NCBI GenBank assembly: GCA_001784175.1 | Contig: MFPR01000004.1 | Coordinates: forward strand, 487,731-507,730 | Direction: 5' to 3' | DNA length: 20,000 nt | Source of the DNA: Candidatus Lindowbacteria bacterium RIFCSPLOWO2_12_FULL_62_27 | GTDB taxonomy: Bacteria > Lindowbacteria > 2-12-FULL-62-27 | Part shown: piece after piece, positions 6,357 through 18,992 of the stretch | Layout: each line of letters begins with the position of its first letter | How positions within the stretch are numbered: position 1 is the stretch's first letter | Position numbers and translations under genes: made by a program | Notes under the pieces: model-generated | What the model was told of the DNA's origin: nothing | Seen by the model: only the letters and a program-made list of their open reading frames with translations | Databases searched by the model: none

Positions 6357-8117
6357 ATGAATATCGTAATTTGCAACGCGGTCGGCGTGGACCGGGAGGA
6401 GAATCACATCGTTCACTCGCCGAGCCGGTGGTCGTTCAGCATGAAAAATTATGACGACGTGTTCACCTACTACCCGTGGGAACTCTGCTACACCTCTGCA
6501 CTCCTGAAGCGCCGGACCGGCCACCGGGTCCGGTTCCTCGATCCGTGCATCGAGCGATGGGACGCGGAGGAAACGACGCGCCGGATACTCTCAGAAAAAC
6601 CCGATCTCCTCCTCATGGAACCCTCGTCGCGGACTTTCCGCGAAGATTGGTCGGTCGCATCCGAGGTCAAAGCACGGCTCGGCACGAAAATCGCGCTGGC
6701 CGGCCAGCACGCCTCTGCCTTCCCCGAAACGCTCGCCCGCGAGGCCGACTACATCCTGATCGGCGAGTACGAGGGGACCGTGCTGGACATTGTGTCCGGT
6801 GTCGACCGCAGCAAGATTTCCGGGCTGTACCCGAACCCGCGGCGGCCGGCGATGGACATCACGAGTCTGCCGTGGCCGGAGGACGAGGACGTGTCGCGGA
6901 TCCGCTACGCGATTCCGGGCGAGCCGAACTGCGAGTACACGGAAATCCAGATGTACGCCAGCCGCGGTTGCCCCTTTCATTGCAACTATTGCGCCTCCGG
7001 CACCGTCTACTTCGCCGGCTGGCGGCCGCGCGAAGTCCGCAACGTCGCCGACGAAATCGAGGCGATGGGACACAAGTATCCGGAATGCGAGGGATTTTTT
7101 CTTGACGAGGAGGAACACAATACCGGAAAAAAATTTGTTCTGCAACTCGCGGAAGAGATCCGGCGGCGCGGCCTGAACCGGTACAAGTTCGACGCGATGT
7201 GCGCCTATTTCAATCTCGACCGACCCGTGCTCGAAGCGATGGCCTCGGCCGGGTACTACAAGATCCGCGCGGGGGTCGAGACCCTGAGCGAGAAGACCGC
7301 GAGAGGCATGGACCTCGGCGCGAAATTCAATCCGGAAAAACTTGTACAGGCAATGACCCTCTGCCGGGAACTCGGACTTCATTTCTATGGCACCTTTACC
7401 ATCGGCGGCTGGGGATCGACCCGCGAGGAAGACCTGGTGACGGGACGGTTCATCGAGGACGCGGCCGCTCGGGGTCTTCTGCACGATCTCCAGATGTCCA
7501 TCAACACGCCCCAGCCCGGAACGCCGTTTTATCAGAAAGCCAAATCGGCCGGGTATCTCCTGACTGAAGACTGGCACAAATTCGACGGAGGCCGGCAGTC
7601 GGTCGTCAGTTACCCGGATTATCCGGCTGACGAAATCGTCCGGACCTATGACGACGTCCTGCGCCACTACGACTGCGGCCTCTATCGTCGAAACCGCGAC
7701 CTGTTCCGAAAACATTTCTCTGAATCCTTCGGCCAGGGTAACCGGCCCGGCGCGCGGAACATCCTCATCCTGCGATCGACCCGCATGTGGCACGTCCGGC
7801 TGGCAGCCGAATGCCTCCGGGACGCCGGCGCGGAGGTGTCGCTTCTGGGCCAGGACCGGATCCGGCCCGATTTGAACGGCATGGCCGGCGTGCGGGACTT
7901 CTTCTCTTATGGCGACGGCCACATGCATCCGGAAGCCATCGACCGGGGCCTTTTGAACCACCTCCGGGACCGCCGATTTGATCTCGTGCTGGCGCTGTAC
8001 AGCAACACGGACGGCCGGTCGTTCGAGAATGTCCGAAAGGTTGCGCGGCGGATCGCCGACGGCGACGGAGCCGTCGCCGCAGTCGCTCATGACGGAACCG
8101 TCCTCCCCATCCGCTGA
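6357..8117 (+). CDS. Cobalamin-binding radical SAM protein (class B-type / HpnJ-like architecture) with an additional C-terminal alpha/beta domain
   Basis: N-terminal B12-binding-like region (YPWELCY...IALAGQHASAFP...ADYILIGEYE), radical SAM motif SRGCPFHCNYC, then GVET, GTFTIG and TPQPGTPFY. About 130 extra C-terminal residues begin at NILILRS. Confidence 0.85.
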   Translation: MNIVICNAVGVDREENHIVHSPSRWSFSMKNYDDVFTYYPWELCYTSALLKRRTGHRVRFLDPCIERWDAEETTRRILSEKPDLLLMEPSSRTFREDWSVASEVKARLGTKIALAGQHASAFPETLAREADYILIGEYEGTVLDIVSGVDRSKISGLYPNPRRPAMDITSLPWPEDEDVSRIRYAIPGEPNCEYTEIQMYASRGCPFHCNYCASGTVYFAGWRPREVRNVADEIEAMGHKYPECEGFFLDEEEHNTGKKFVLQLAEEIRRRGLNRYKFDAMCAYFNLDRPVLEAMASAGYYKIRAGVETLSEKTARGMDLGAKFNPEKLVQAMTLCRELGLHFYGTFTIGGWGSTREEDLVTGRFIEDAAARGLLHDLQMSINTPQPGTPFYQKAKSAGYLLTEDWHKFDGGRQSVVSYPDYPADEIVRTYDDVLRHYDCGLYRRNRDLFRKHFSESFGQGNRPGARNILILRSTRMWHVRLAAECLRDAGAEVSLLGQDRIRPDLNGMAGVRDFFSYGDGHMHPEAIDRGLLNHLRDRRFDLVLALYSNTDGRSFENVRKVARRIADGDGAVAAVAHDGTVLPIR

Positions 8118-9069
8118 CCCAGGCGGCGCGGGCCGCGGCGTCAGCGTCGTCATCACCAACTACAACGGCCGCGCGCTCCTCGAACGGTGTCTGCCGGCCG
8201 TCGAGACGGCGGCGGCGGCCTATGGCGGCCCGACCGAAATCATTCTGGTCGACGACTGCTCGACAGACGGCAGCCGGGAGTTTGTCTACGAATATTTTCC
8301 AAAAATAGACGTTTTCAAACCCAGGCAGAATCTCGGTTTCCAGGGCGCGTCCAACCTCGGATTTTCCAAAGCGCGTTTTCCGGTCGTCCTGTCGCTGAAC
8401 AACGATGTCGAGGTGACGCCACAGTCTTTCGCGCAGTTGGCGGCGCATTTTTCCCGGCCGGACCTGTTCGCCGTCAGCGCCAAGCTTCTCCAGTGGGACC
8501 GCACAACATACCTGGCGGGCCGGAGGATCGGTGTGTTCGAGGAGGGGCATCTGCGTCTCGTGGACGAACCCGGCGACGGCAGCGTGTCCCCCACGCTCTT
8601 TGCGACCGGCGGCGCCGCCGCGTTCGACCGGGAAAAGCTGCTGGCCCTCGGCGGATTCGACCCGATCTTCCATCCGCTGTACTGGGAGGACATCGACCTC
8701 TGTTACCGCGCGTGGAAACGCGGCTGGCGGGTGATCTACGATCCCAACATCGTGATGTACCACAAGCACCGCGCGACGATCGAGACACTGGTGGAACCTG
8801 ACCGCCTGCAGCAAATCACGGCGCGAAACAGCTACCTGTTTTTATGGAAAAATCTCTCGGAAGGCCGCGCCCTTCGGGCCCACCTCTGGCACGCCCCCAT
8901 CCTCCTCCTCCGGGACGCCTTGAATCGCCGATGGCGATTTCCACTCGCCTTCGGCCGTGCGCTCGCCCGCCTGCCCGCCGTCTGGTCGGCCCGTTTGAAG
9001 GAACAGCGCCACTGGCGCCGGCCCGACCTGTCCGTCCTGTCGGAAATATCCGCACGCCGGCCTTCTTAG
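8089..9069 (+). CDS. Glycosyltransferase family 2
   Basis: Motifs VSVVITNYNG, ILVDDCSTDGS, NLGFQGASNLG, LNND, LGGFDPIFHPLYWEDIDLCYRAW. The likely start is ATG 8089, overlapping the end of the radical SAM gene, not 7978. Confidence 0.9.
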   Translation: MTEPSSPSADPGGAGRGVSVVITNYNGRALLERCLPAVETAAAAYGGPTEIILVDDCSTDGSREFVYEYFPKIDVFKPRQNLGFQGASNLGFSKARFPVVLSLNNDVEVTPQSFAQLAAHFSRPDLFAVSAKLLQWDRTTYLAGRRIGVFEEGHLRLVDEPGDGSVSPTLFATGGAAAFDREKLLALGGFDPIFHPLYWEDIDLCYRAWKRGWRVIYDPNIVMYHKHRATIETLVEPDRLQQITARNSYLFLWKNLSEGRALRAHLWHAPILLLRDALNRRWRFPLAFGRALARLPAVWSARLKEQRHWRRPDLSVLSEISARRPS

Positions 9070-9095
9070 CCCGACCTTGTCGGGCGGCCGTTTTT
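9069..9095 (+). terminator. Possible weak intrinsic terminator after the GT2 gene
   Basis: GCCCGAC-CTT-GTCGGGC hairpin with a 7-bp stem. The TTTTT tract follows only after a 5-nt gap. Confidence 0.3.
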
Positions 9096-9111
9096 CAGGG
9101 ACAATTCAACC

Positions 9112-10125
9112 ATGTTGAGAGACACGCTGGGCCGGCCCATCCGGGATCTTCGGATTTCCGTCACGGACCGGTGCAATTTCCGGTGCACCTACTGCATGCC
9201 CTACGAGGTGTACGACTGGGTTGAGCGCGGGGAGATCCTGTCCTTTGAGGAGATCGCGCGGCTGACCCGCATCTTCGCGGCGCTCGGCGCGGAAAAGGCC
9301 CGCCTGACAGGCGGCGAGCCTCTGCTCAGGAGAGGATTGCACAAACTCGTCAGGATGCTGATCGACATCCAGGGAATCAAAGATGTGAGTCTCACCACCA
9401 ACGGCGCGTTGCTTGCCGAACAGATGCCGGATCTCGCGGCGGCCGGCCTTCGGCGGATCAACGTCAGCCTCGACACCTTGAACGCGGCGAAATTCCGGCA
9501 GATCACCCAGAAGGGAGACCTGCAGCCCGTGCTGGAGGGTCTGCGCGCCGCGCGCGAGGCAGACCTCGATTCGATCAAAATCAACACCGTCATCATCCGG
9601 GGATTCAACGACGACGAAATACCGGACCTCGCCGCGTTCGCCCGCGACAACGGCTTTCACCTGCGCCTCATCGAGTACATGGACGTCGGCAACGCCAGCG
9701 GATGGACGTTGGAGAAGCTCGTGTCAAAAAAAGAAATGCTCGAATGGGTCCGGAGTCGCTTCCCGCTCCGCGAAATCGGCCGGGCGGACGGCCGCGCACC
9801 GGCGGTCGACTACGAGTACCTGGACGGCCGGGGGAAAATCGGAATCATCGGCTCGGTGACCGAACCCTTCTGCTCAACCTGCGACCGCGCGCGCCTGACG
9901 CCGGACGGCAAACTGGTGACGTGCCTCTTTTCCAACGAGGGGGTGGATCTCAAGTCACCCCTGCGCGGCGGCTCGCCCGATGAGCAAATCAGCGCCGCCA
10001 TCCACACAGCGTGGACTGCGCGAAAAGACCGCTACTCCGACGAGCGGTGGGCGTCCCTCAAAAACGGCGCGGGCTATGACCCAGCGGCCAGGCGAAAAAT
10101 AGAAATGATCCGTCTGGGAGGATAA
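9112..10125 (+). CDS. moaA: GTP 3',8-cyclase (molybdenum cofactor biosynthesis protein A)
   Basis: LRISVTDRCNFRCTYCMP, LTGGEPLLR, second cluster motif FCSTCDRARLTPDGKLVTCLF, and C-terminal MIRLGG. Confidence 0.97.
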   Translation: MLRDTLGRPIRDLRISVTDRCNFRCTYCMPYEVYDWVERGEILSFEEIARLTRIFAALGAEKARLTGGEPLLRRGLHKLVRMLIDIQGIKDVSLTTNGALLAEQMPDLAAAGLRRINVSLDTLNAAKFRQITQKGDLQPVLEGLRAAREADLDSIKINTVIIRGFNDDEIPDLAAFARDNGFHLRLIEYMDVGNASGWTLEKLVSKKEMLEWVRSRFPLREIGRADGRAPAVDYEYLDGRGKIGIIGSVTEPFCSTCDRARLTPDGKLVTCLFSNEGVDLKSPLRGGSPDEQISAAIHTAWTARKDRYSDERWASLKNGAGYDPAARRKIEMIRLGG

Positions 10126-10128
10126 AAA

Positions 10129-12940
<2,812 letters not shown>

Positions 12941-12964
12941 CCGTCGGACACGCGGCGCGCGGCC

Positions 12965-13357
12965 TTGGGCGAAAATCCCCACCGATTCATCTATGACGGC
13001 CACTGCGGACTCTGCGTGGCGTTCAAAAACTGGCTGATGGAATACGCCCCGCCGGCCGCGTTCGAGGCGCTTTCGTTTGACGACCCCCGCGTTCACGAAA
13101 TTCTCACAGGGAAATCCGAGGCGGAAATCTGTGAAACCGCCCACGTCGTGACGCCGGAGGGCCGCATCCTCTCCGGCCATGCGGCCATCCGGATCGCGCT
13201 CTCCGTCCGATGGAGGAGCCGGATGATCTCGAATATCTTGGCGCTGCCGTTTCTTGACCCCGTTTTGCGATTCATCTATACTCGTATCTCGTTGCATCGT
13301 TACCGGCTCTCATGTAAAGCCGATCTGATGAAGGACGCGAAGAAGGACTCGAAATGA
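12965..13357 (+). CDS. DCC1-like thiol-disulfide oxidoreductase family protein (DUF393)
   Basis: N-terminal FIYDGHCGLC (DxxCxxC), HVVTPEGRILSGHAA and C-terminal Y..I..HRYRL. Confidence 0.8.
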   Translation: MGENPHRFIYDGHCGLCVAFKNWLMEYAPPAAFEALSFDDPRVHEILTGKSEAEICETAHVVTPEGRILSGHAAIRIALSVRWRSRMISNILALPFLDPVLRFIYTRISLHRYRLSCKADLMKDAKKDSK

Positions 13358-14724
13358 ACGCTTCCCCTGGGCTGCGGGTTTTGACCCAAACCGAACATTC
13401 CATCCGCGACCACGCCGTGCATCCGGACGCATGGAAGGTCCTCCGGCGTCTGCACCAGGCCGGCCACACGGCCTATCTCGTCGGCGGCACTGTCCGCGAT
13501 CTGTATTTGGGACGCGTCCCGAAGGACTTTGATGTCGCCACCACGGCAAAGCCCAATGAGATCAAGCGCCTCTTTCGAAACGCATTCATGATCGGCCGGC
13601 GGTTCCGGCTCGCCCACATCAAATTTTATGACAGCGTCATCGAGGTCGCCACCTTCCGCCAGGAAACCGACCGGTTCGAGGAGCCGTCGCCTGAAACCGG
13701 GGAGGCGCGCGCCATCCGGATTTACGGGACGCCTGAGGAGGACGCCCGGCGGCGCGATTTCACCATCAACGGACTCTTCTATGATCCTTTCCGCGCCCAT
13801 GTGATCGATTATGTCGGGGGCCTGGTGGACATGGAAAAACGGATCGTCCGGACCATTGCGCCGCCCGATGCCTCTTACGAGGAGGATCCGGCCCGGATGA
13901 TCCGCGCCGTCCGCGCGGCCGCGCGGCTCGGGTTCGCCATCGAGGCCGATACGGGCGAAGCGATCATCCGCCACCGCGAGGCGATCCTGCGCTGCCCAAA
14001 AGCGCGGCTCCTGGAAGAACTGATGATCCTTCTTAAATACAACTCCGCCGAACGGTCCCTTCGGCTCCTCTGGAACTTCGGGCTCATGGAGTACATCCTG
14101 CCGATGCACCACGCATACCTTCTGCGCCGCAACAACCTGCCGCTTCATCCGCCCAATCAGGATGTCCTCTTTGATCTCGTGTCCATGCTCGATCTTGAAT
14201 CGGCGGCGCCGGATCCCTCGGTCATTTTTTCGCTGATCCTGTTTCCCTTCGTCCTCGAGCGGCTGGACCTGGCACCAAAACTCTTTTGGTCGCACAAGTC
14301 GACCTCGGCGGTGATCACGGCGGTCGAATCGATCTTTGACGAATTCTCCAAGTCGGTGGACATCTCCAAACGGTTCCGGGGGCGGGCGCTGGAAATTCTG
14401 ACGGCGCAGCCCAGACTCGTCCTTCGCGGAAGCAATATCCGGCCGGACAAACTGGCGCAGAAACCGTATTTCCTCGATTCGTTTATGTTCTTCAAAATCG
14501 CCTCCCGCGCCGTCGATTTCGATACACAAAGCGATATCGCGTTCTGGGAAAAACATAAACCCAAATCCCAGCCCCCGCGGCACGCAGCCGGAGGCGATCC
14601 GTCCGCGGCCGTTCGGCCGGAACCGCACGGCGCGCCCCCTCCGGGCAGACGACGCCACCGCCGGCGGCGACACCGGGGCCGGCCTCCCCCGGGACCGGCT
14701 CAGAACCAAACGGCCACGCAGTGA
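13354..14724 (+). CDS. pcnB: Poly(A) polymerase I
   Basis: AYLVGGTVRDL, PKDFDVAT, the PAP-specific signature MIGRRFRLAHI, DARRRDFTINGL, EDPARMIRA and an Arg-rich C-terminal tail. Confidence 0.9.
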   Translation: MNASPGLRVLTQTEHSIRDHAVHPDAWKVLRRLHQAGHTAYLVGGTVRDLYLGRVPKDFDVATTAKPNEIKRLFRNAFMIGRRFRLAHIKFYDSVIEVATFRQETDRFEEPSPETGEARAIRIYGTPEEDARRRDFTINGLFYDPFRAHVIDYVGGLVDMEKRIVRTIAPPDASYEEDPARMIRAVRAAARLGFAIEADTGEAIIRHREAILRCPKARLLEELMILLKYNSAERSLRLLWNFGLMEYILPMHHAYLLRRNNLPLHPPNQDVLFDLVSMLDLESAAPDPSVIFSLILFPFVLERLDLAPKLFWSHKSTSAVITAVESIFDEFSKSVDISKRFRGRALEILTAQPRLVLRGSNIRPDKLAQKPYFLDSFMFFKIASRAVDFDTQSDIAFWEKHKPKSQPPRHAAGGDPSAAVRPEPHGAPPPGRRRHRRRRHRGRPPPGPAQNQTATQ

Positions 14725-15863
14725 AAATACACGAATACCAGGCCCGCCTTCTCTTCGAAGAGGCCGGTATTCCCGTCGCGCGCGCAATCGTCGCGGACAC
14801 GCCCGAGGCGGCGCGCCGGGCTGCCGAACAAATCGGCGGGCCCGTCGCCGTCAAGGCCCAGGTCCACGTGGGCGGCCGTGGAAAGGCGGGCGGCGTGAAA
14901 CTCGCGACGACGCCGGCCGATGCCGGCAACGCCGCATCGCAGATCCTCGGCATGCGCATCAAGCAGTCGGTGGTGTGCAAGGTGCTGGTCATGGAGAAAG
15001 TCGAGATCGCGCGGGAGCTGTATCTGGGCGTCGTCTTCGACCGGGACCACCGGGGCCACAGCGTGATCGCCTCGGCGGCCGGCGGCGTGGACATCGAGGA
15101 GGTGTCGGCGAAGACGCCGGAAAAAATCCTGAAACAATTCGTCCATCCCCTTGTCGGACTCTCCGCCCATCAGGCCCGGCAGATTGGGTTCGGACTTGGC
15201 GTGCCGCCCAAATCGGCGCTCGAAATCGCCAAAACGCTTCTTGCGCTCTACACCGTCTATCAGCGGACCGACGCTTCCCTCGCAGAGATCAATCCATACG
15301 TCGTCCGCCCGGACAGCACGACGGTCGCGATTGATGCGAAAATGAATTTTGACGACAACGCGCTGTTCCGGCACAAATCCATTGAGGATATGCGGGACAT
15401 GGGCGAAGAGGAGCCGCTCGAAATTGAGGCCAAGAACGCCGACCTTGCCTATGTCCACCTCGGCGGCGACATCGGCATCATCGGCAACGGCGCGGGACTC
15501 GTCATGACCACGCTTGATGTGGTGACGGCCGCAGGTGGCCGGCCGGCGAATTTTCTCGACATCGGCGGCAGCTCCAGCCCCGAAAAGGTCCGTCGGGCGC
15601 TCGAAATCGTGTTGAAGGAAAAATCCCTCAAGGCCATTTTCTTGAACGTCTTCGGCGGCATCACCCGATGCGACGACGTCGCCACAGGACTGGTGCAGGT
15701 CCTCAAAGCCGTCCAGGTCCGCGTGCCGATCATCATCCGCATGACCGGCACCAACGTGGAACTTGGCATGAAAATCCTCAACGAGTCCGGCCTGAATCTC
15801 AAAACCTATCCGACCATGCAGGAAGCCGCGCTCGTGGCCGCGGATATCGCGAGGTCCGCTTAG
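14721..15863 (+). CDS. sucC: Succinate--CoA ligase beta subunit
   Basis: MKIHEYQA, KAQVHVGGRGKAGGVK, EINP, DAKMNFDDNALFRH, GNGAGLVMTTLD, PANFLDIGG and NVFGGITRCD. Confidence 0.96.
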   Translation: MKIHEYQARLLFEEAGIPVARAIVADTPEAARRAAEQIGGPVAVKAQVHVGGRGKAGGVKLATTPADAGNAASQILGMRIKQSVVCKVLVMEKVEIARELYLGVVFDRDHRGHSVIASAAGGVDIEEVSAKTPEKILKQFVHPLVGLSAHQARQIGFGLGVPPKSALEIAKTLLALYTVYQRTDASLAEINPYVVRPDSTTVAIDAKMNFDDNALFRHKSIEDMRDMGEEEPLEIEAKNADLAYVHLGGDIGIIGNGAGLVMTTLDVVTAAGGRPANFLDIGGSSSPEKVRRALEIVLKEKSLKAIFLNVFGGITRCDDVATGLVQVLKAVQVRVPIIIRMTGTNVELGMKILNESGLNLKTYPTMQEAALVAADIARSA

Positions 15864-16751
15864 GTGGCCATCCTCGTCGACGAAACCACCCGCGTGGTCG
15901 TCCAAGGCATCACGGGACGGGACGGGTCCTTTCACGCGCGGCAGATGAAAGAATATGGAACGAATGTCGTCGCGGGCGTGACGCCCGGCAAAAGCGGCGC
16001 GGCCGTCGACGGCCTGAATGCGCCGGTCTTCGATACGGTCCGGCAGGCCGTCGACGTGGCGGGCGCCAACACCTCCGTGATCTATGTGCCGGCGGCCGCC
16101 GCGGCCGACGCGATTTTGGAATCGGCCGAGGCGGGCCTGCGGCTCGTCGTGTGCATCACGGAGGGCATCCCGGTCAACGACATGCTCCGCGTCCATCATG
16201 CGCTCGCCGTTCGCGGCGACAAGAACTTCGTCCTCATCGGTCCCAACTGCCCGGGCGTGATCTCGCCCGGGAAATCCAAAGTCGGCATTATGCCCGGGTT
16301 CATTCACAAGCCGGGCCGCGTCGGCCTCATCTCCCGCAGCGGGACCCTCACCTACGAAATCGTCCACGCCCTGACGCAGGCCGGCGTCGGCCAGTCCACC
16401 TGCATCGGTATCGGGGGCGACCCCGTGATCGGCTCGCGCTTTACGGACCTTTTGCCGAGATTCGAATCCGATACCGGCACCGACGCCGTTGTCCTCGTCG
16501 GCGAAATCGGCGGATCCGATGAGGAACTCGCGGCGGCCTGGTATACGGAACGAAAACGCCGGATTCGCGTCGTCGCCTTCATCGCCGGCGTCAGCGCGCC
16601 GCCCGGGAAACGCATGGGGCACGCAGGCGCCATCATCTCGGGCGGGAAAGGCGCCGCGAAGGACAAGATCGAAACGCTCGGACGGCACGGCATCCCGGTC
16701 GCAAGCGATCCGGCGCAGATTCCGGAGCTGGTCCGGCGCGCGGTTCCATAA
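15864..16751 (+). CDS. sucD: Succinate--CoA ligase alpha subunit
   Basis: [42 protein letters not shown] and the phospho-His motif RMGHAGA. Confidence 0.97.
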   Translation: MAILVDETTRVVVQGITGRDGSFHARQMKEYGTNVVAGVTPGKSGAAVDGLNAPVFDTVRQAVDVAGANTSVIYVPAAAAADAILESAEAGLRLVVCITEGIPVNDMLRVHHALAVRGDKNFVLIGPNCPGVISPGKSKVGIMPGFIHKPGRVGLISRSGTLTYEIVHALTQAGVGQSTCIGIGGDPVIGSRFTDLLPRFESDTGTDAVVLVGEIGGSDEELAAAWYTERKRRIRVVAFIAGVSAPPGKRMGHAGAIISGGKGAAKDKIETLGRHGIPVASDPAQIPELVRRAVP

Positions 16752-16756
16752 ACATC

Positions 16757-17227
16757 ATGCGTTTCAAAAAGACGGCCGTTGCGCTTCTTGCGCTCTGCGC
16801 CCTCGCCGGGCTCCTGCTCGTCGCCGATACCCTCCTGCAGCCCAAGGTCCGCGTGGTGCCCCTCGAGGGAGTGCCGGTTTCGCCCGGCTCGCCCGATGTG
16901 ACCTTCATGCTGGGCGTATCGATGGACCCGCCGGTTCAAACCAATCCCTTTCTGGTGATTTTCAGCCCCATCGAACGGCTCACCGACAAAACCCGGGTCG
17001 TCGCCGGAAGCCTCAAACCCCTTTCGGACACGGAAACGATTTTTGTCTGGGACGCGTTCGGCATCCGATCAACCTGGCGATTGGACCGCGCCGGCCAGCG
17101 CCTGGCGCCGGTCGCCGATCCACGCGGTCTTCACCCGGCGGGTCTGTGCACGCGACTCTTCCCCACGCTGGTCTTTGCTTTCCGACGCGAGTCGGGATCA
17201 TGGCGTTCCGAGACAGGATTCCACTAA
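16757..17227 (+). CDS. Hypothetical exported or membrane-anchored protein
   Basis: ATG 5 nt after the sucD stop. Basic N-terminus followed by a hydrophobic stretch (MRFKKTAVALLALCALAGLLLVA). No family recognised. Confidence 0.6.
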   Translation: MRFKKTAVALLALCALAGLLLVADTLLQPKVRVVPLEGVPVSPGSPDVTFMLGVSMDPPVQTNPFLVIFSPIERLTDKTRVVAGSLKPLSDTETIFVWDAFGIRSTWRLDRAGQRLAPVADPRGLHPAGLCTRLFPTLVFAFRRESGSWRSETGFH

Positions 17228-18349
17228 AGTCGAGCGGATTTGCCGCAGGAGAACTTGAAGTCCCTGCTTTTCGTCACCTACAACTGTGATGGATCCTTGG
17301 TGCGCCCATTGGACGGTCGTCCCCTCGGCCAGCGAGATCGTATAATTCATGTTCGTCAGCGGCAGCGAATACGCCTCATCGCGCCAGGCGGTATAGTCGC
17401 CGGTCAGACGAAACGCACAGGATGAGCCGACGCAGATCCCAAGAGACGGCAAAATCGTGGATAACTGTCGCGAGAGACGCCCTTCCACAGCCACACACTC
17501 CGCCTCAAAAACCGCTTGCTTCTGCCCGAGCGCATCCGCAACTTTGGCCGCCAGAATTGGGTTCTGAATCTGCGCAACGAACGGAAAAGTATCGACGGTG
17601 ACTATACGGCGCAGCCGATCGGCCTCGCTCAACGCCAGCTTTCCAGTAAATCGTCTCGCACCCAATCGCACCGGTAGATCGCCCGGCCTCACTTGAAGCG
17701 TCCCGTCCGACCGCGTCGCTTCCAATTTCATGGCCAGTATCGCCGCAAAAAGTTCCCCTTTGGCCGCCTCATACTGGTGTCCGCCGTACGGTTCAAGCAG
17801 ATTGACCGCACGAATAAGATCGCGCAGGTGGATCACTTCGCTCCGCTCACGATCAGCGCCGGCCACGCCCGCGATCAGCCCTTCCGCATGATCTTCCGCC
17901 TCTCGTTGATTCTTGGCGTAACGCGCTCTCGCCGCCGGCGCCTCCGATCGTGGGAACCCCACCAGCGCATAGGTCGTCCGGCCCGACACCGCCACGTCAA
18001 CCACCTCCGCTCCCTCCAGCGCGTGGGCGGTTCTCAAATTCACCCGGTCCTGCAGCGTGGTCCCGCGTTCATCCGTTATCTCGTCGTACGACTCGCTCAC
18101 CGCGGAATAAATCGCGGTGGCGATGGATGCAATTCCCATCGCCACCGCCTCCATACGCGCTTCTTTTCCATCAACCTTCGTCGAAACACCTACGCCGTAC
18201 AGATACCGCGCATCCTGCGGCACTTCCTGGATCCATGTCGGCGCCCTCCCGCGCGCCGCTGCTTCCGGCCCCACTGCGGTCAACATCAGAATCGCCGCCA
18301 GAATCGGAAAGAGAGGCGCCGGCCGAACGTCATTCCTTCTCCAGCTCAT
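17198..18349 (-). CDS. Exported protein with an N-terminal LPP20-like domain
   Basis: Signal-peptide-like N-terminus ending at AAA, then APTWIQEVPQDARYLYGVGVS...ARMEAVAMGIASIA, the PxW / GVG / A...A helix pattern of LPP20-like domains. Overlaps the upstream gene by 20 nt. Confidence 0.6.
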   Translation of the reverse strand: MSWRRNDVRPAPLFPILAAILMLTAVGPEAAARGRAPTWIQEVPQDARYLYGVGVSTKVDGKEARMEAVAMGIASIATAIYSAVSESYDEITDERGTTLQDRVNLRTAHALEGAEVVDVAVSGRTTYALVGFPRSEAPAARARYAKNQREAEDHAEGLIAGVAGADRERSEVIHLRDLIRAVNLLEPYGGHQYEAAKGELFAAILAMKLEATRSDGTLQVRPGDLPVRLGARRFTGKLALSEADRLRRIVTVDTFPFVAQIQNPILAAKVADALGQKQAVFEAECVAVEGRLSRQLSTILPSLGICVGSSCAFRLTGDYTAWRDEAYSLPLTNMNYTISLAEGTTVQWAHQGSITVVGDEKQGLQVLLRQIRSTLVESCLGTP

Positions 18350-18992
18350 TGAACGCCTTCTCCATCGCGGCTTCGATCGCCGGCATCCGCGCGTCCTGCG
18401 CAGCGCGGCGCAGTTCCACCAGCGCCCGCGTCCGGGCGATCTCGTACTCGCGCTGGTCCAGTTGCAGGCGCACGTCGATGTCGTAGCGGTATTCCGATCC
18501 GTACGGCCCGAGAACCTTGAACTTCTCGTAGTAAATGTCCGTCGGAGTCACGCCCCCGATGTTGATCTTTCGGGTGGCCAGCGTCAGCCGGTCGGAGATG
18601 AACGACTGCAGCGTCGCGCCGTCGTAGTTGTCGCCGTCGTCGGTCTTCTTCAGCGCCGTCGTCAGATCCGAACCGATCGCCTCGACGATGTTTTTCAGCG
18701 CCGCCGCCTTCGCCTGCCGCACGCCGACCTCATACCGCGCGACGCCCTTCACGCCGCCTGAAAATTCGACCGTCTCCTTCTGTCTCACGAACGGTTTCAG
18801 CGTCCACTCCGGACGCACCGTCTGACTGCGTTCAACCAGAACATCCTGCCCCATCCGCGGCTCAACCGCCTGATTGAACGTCTGCACCTGCGCCGGTTTG
18901 TTGCTCGCTCTCTTCGTACAGGCAGAGAGTCCAAAAATTGCAACGCAGGACGAAAGAACCAGAACCATCGCACGACAAAAAAGTGTGTTCAT
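18330..18992 (-). CDS. Lipoprotein, LPP20-like
   Basis: Lipobox LSAC at Cys25. RPEW...GVRQAKAAALKNIVEAI...DIYYEK pattern. SD AGGAGG upstream, and the start overlaps the upstream stop. Confidence 0.65.
   Translation of the reverse strand: MNTLFCRAMVLVLSSCVAIFGLSACTKRASNKPAQVQTFNQAVEPRMGQDVLVERSQTVRPEWTLKPFVRQKETVEFSGGVKGVARYEVGVRQAKAAALKNIVEAIGSDLTTALKKTDDGDNYDGATLQSFISDRLTLATRKINIGGVTPTDIYYEKFKVLGPYGSEYRYDIDVRLQLDQREYEIARTRALVELRRAAQDARMPAIEAAMEKAFNELEKE

Noticed and set aside
6591-8159. 522-aa minus-strand ORF (likewise 13300-14787, 12077-13297 and 7765-8814)
   Set aside because: Each lies antisense to a well-supported gene and has a low-complexity Arg/Gly/Ala-rich translation.
14700-16688. 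662-aa minus-strand ORF
   Set aside because: Antisense shadow of sucC/sucD caused by GC-rich codon bias; it has no recognisable motifs.
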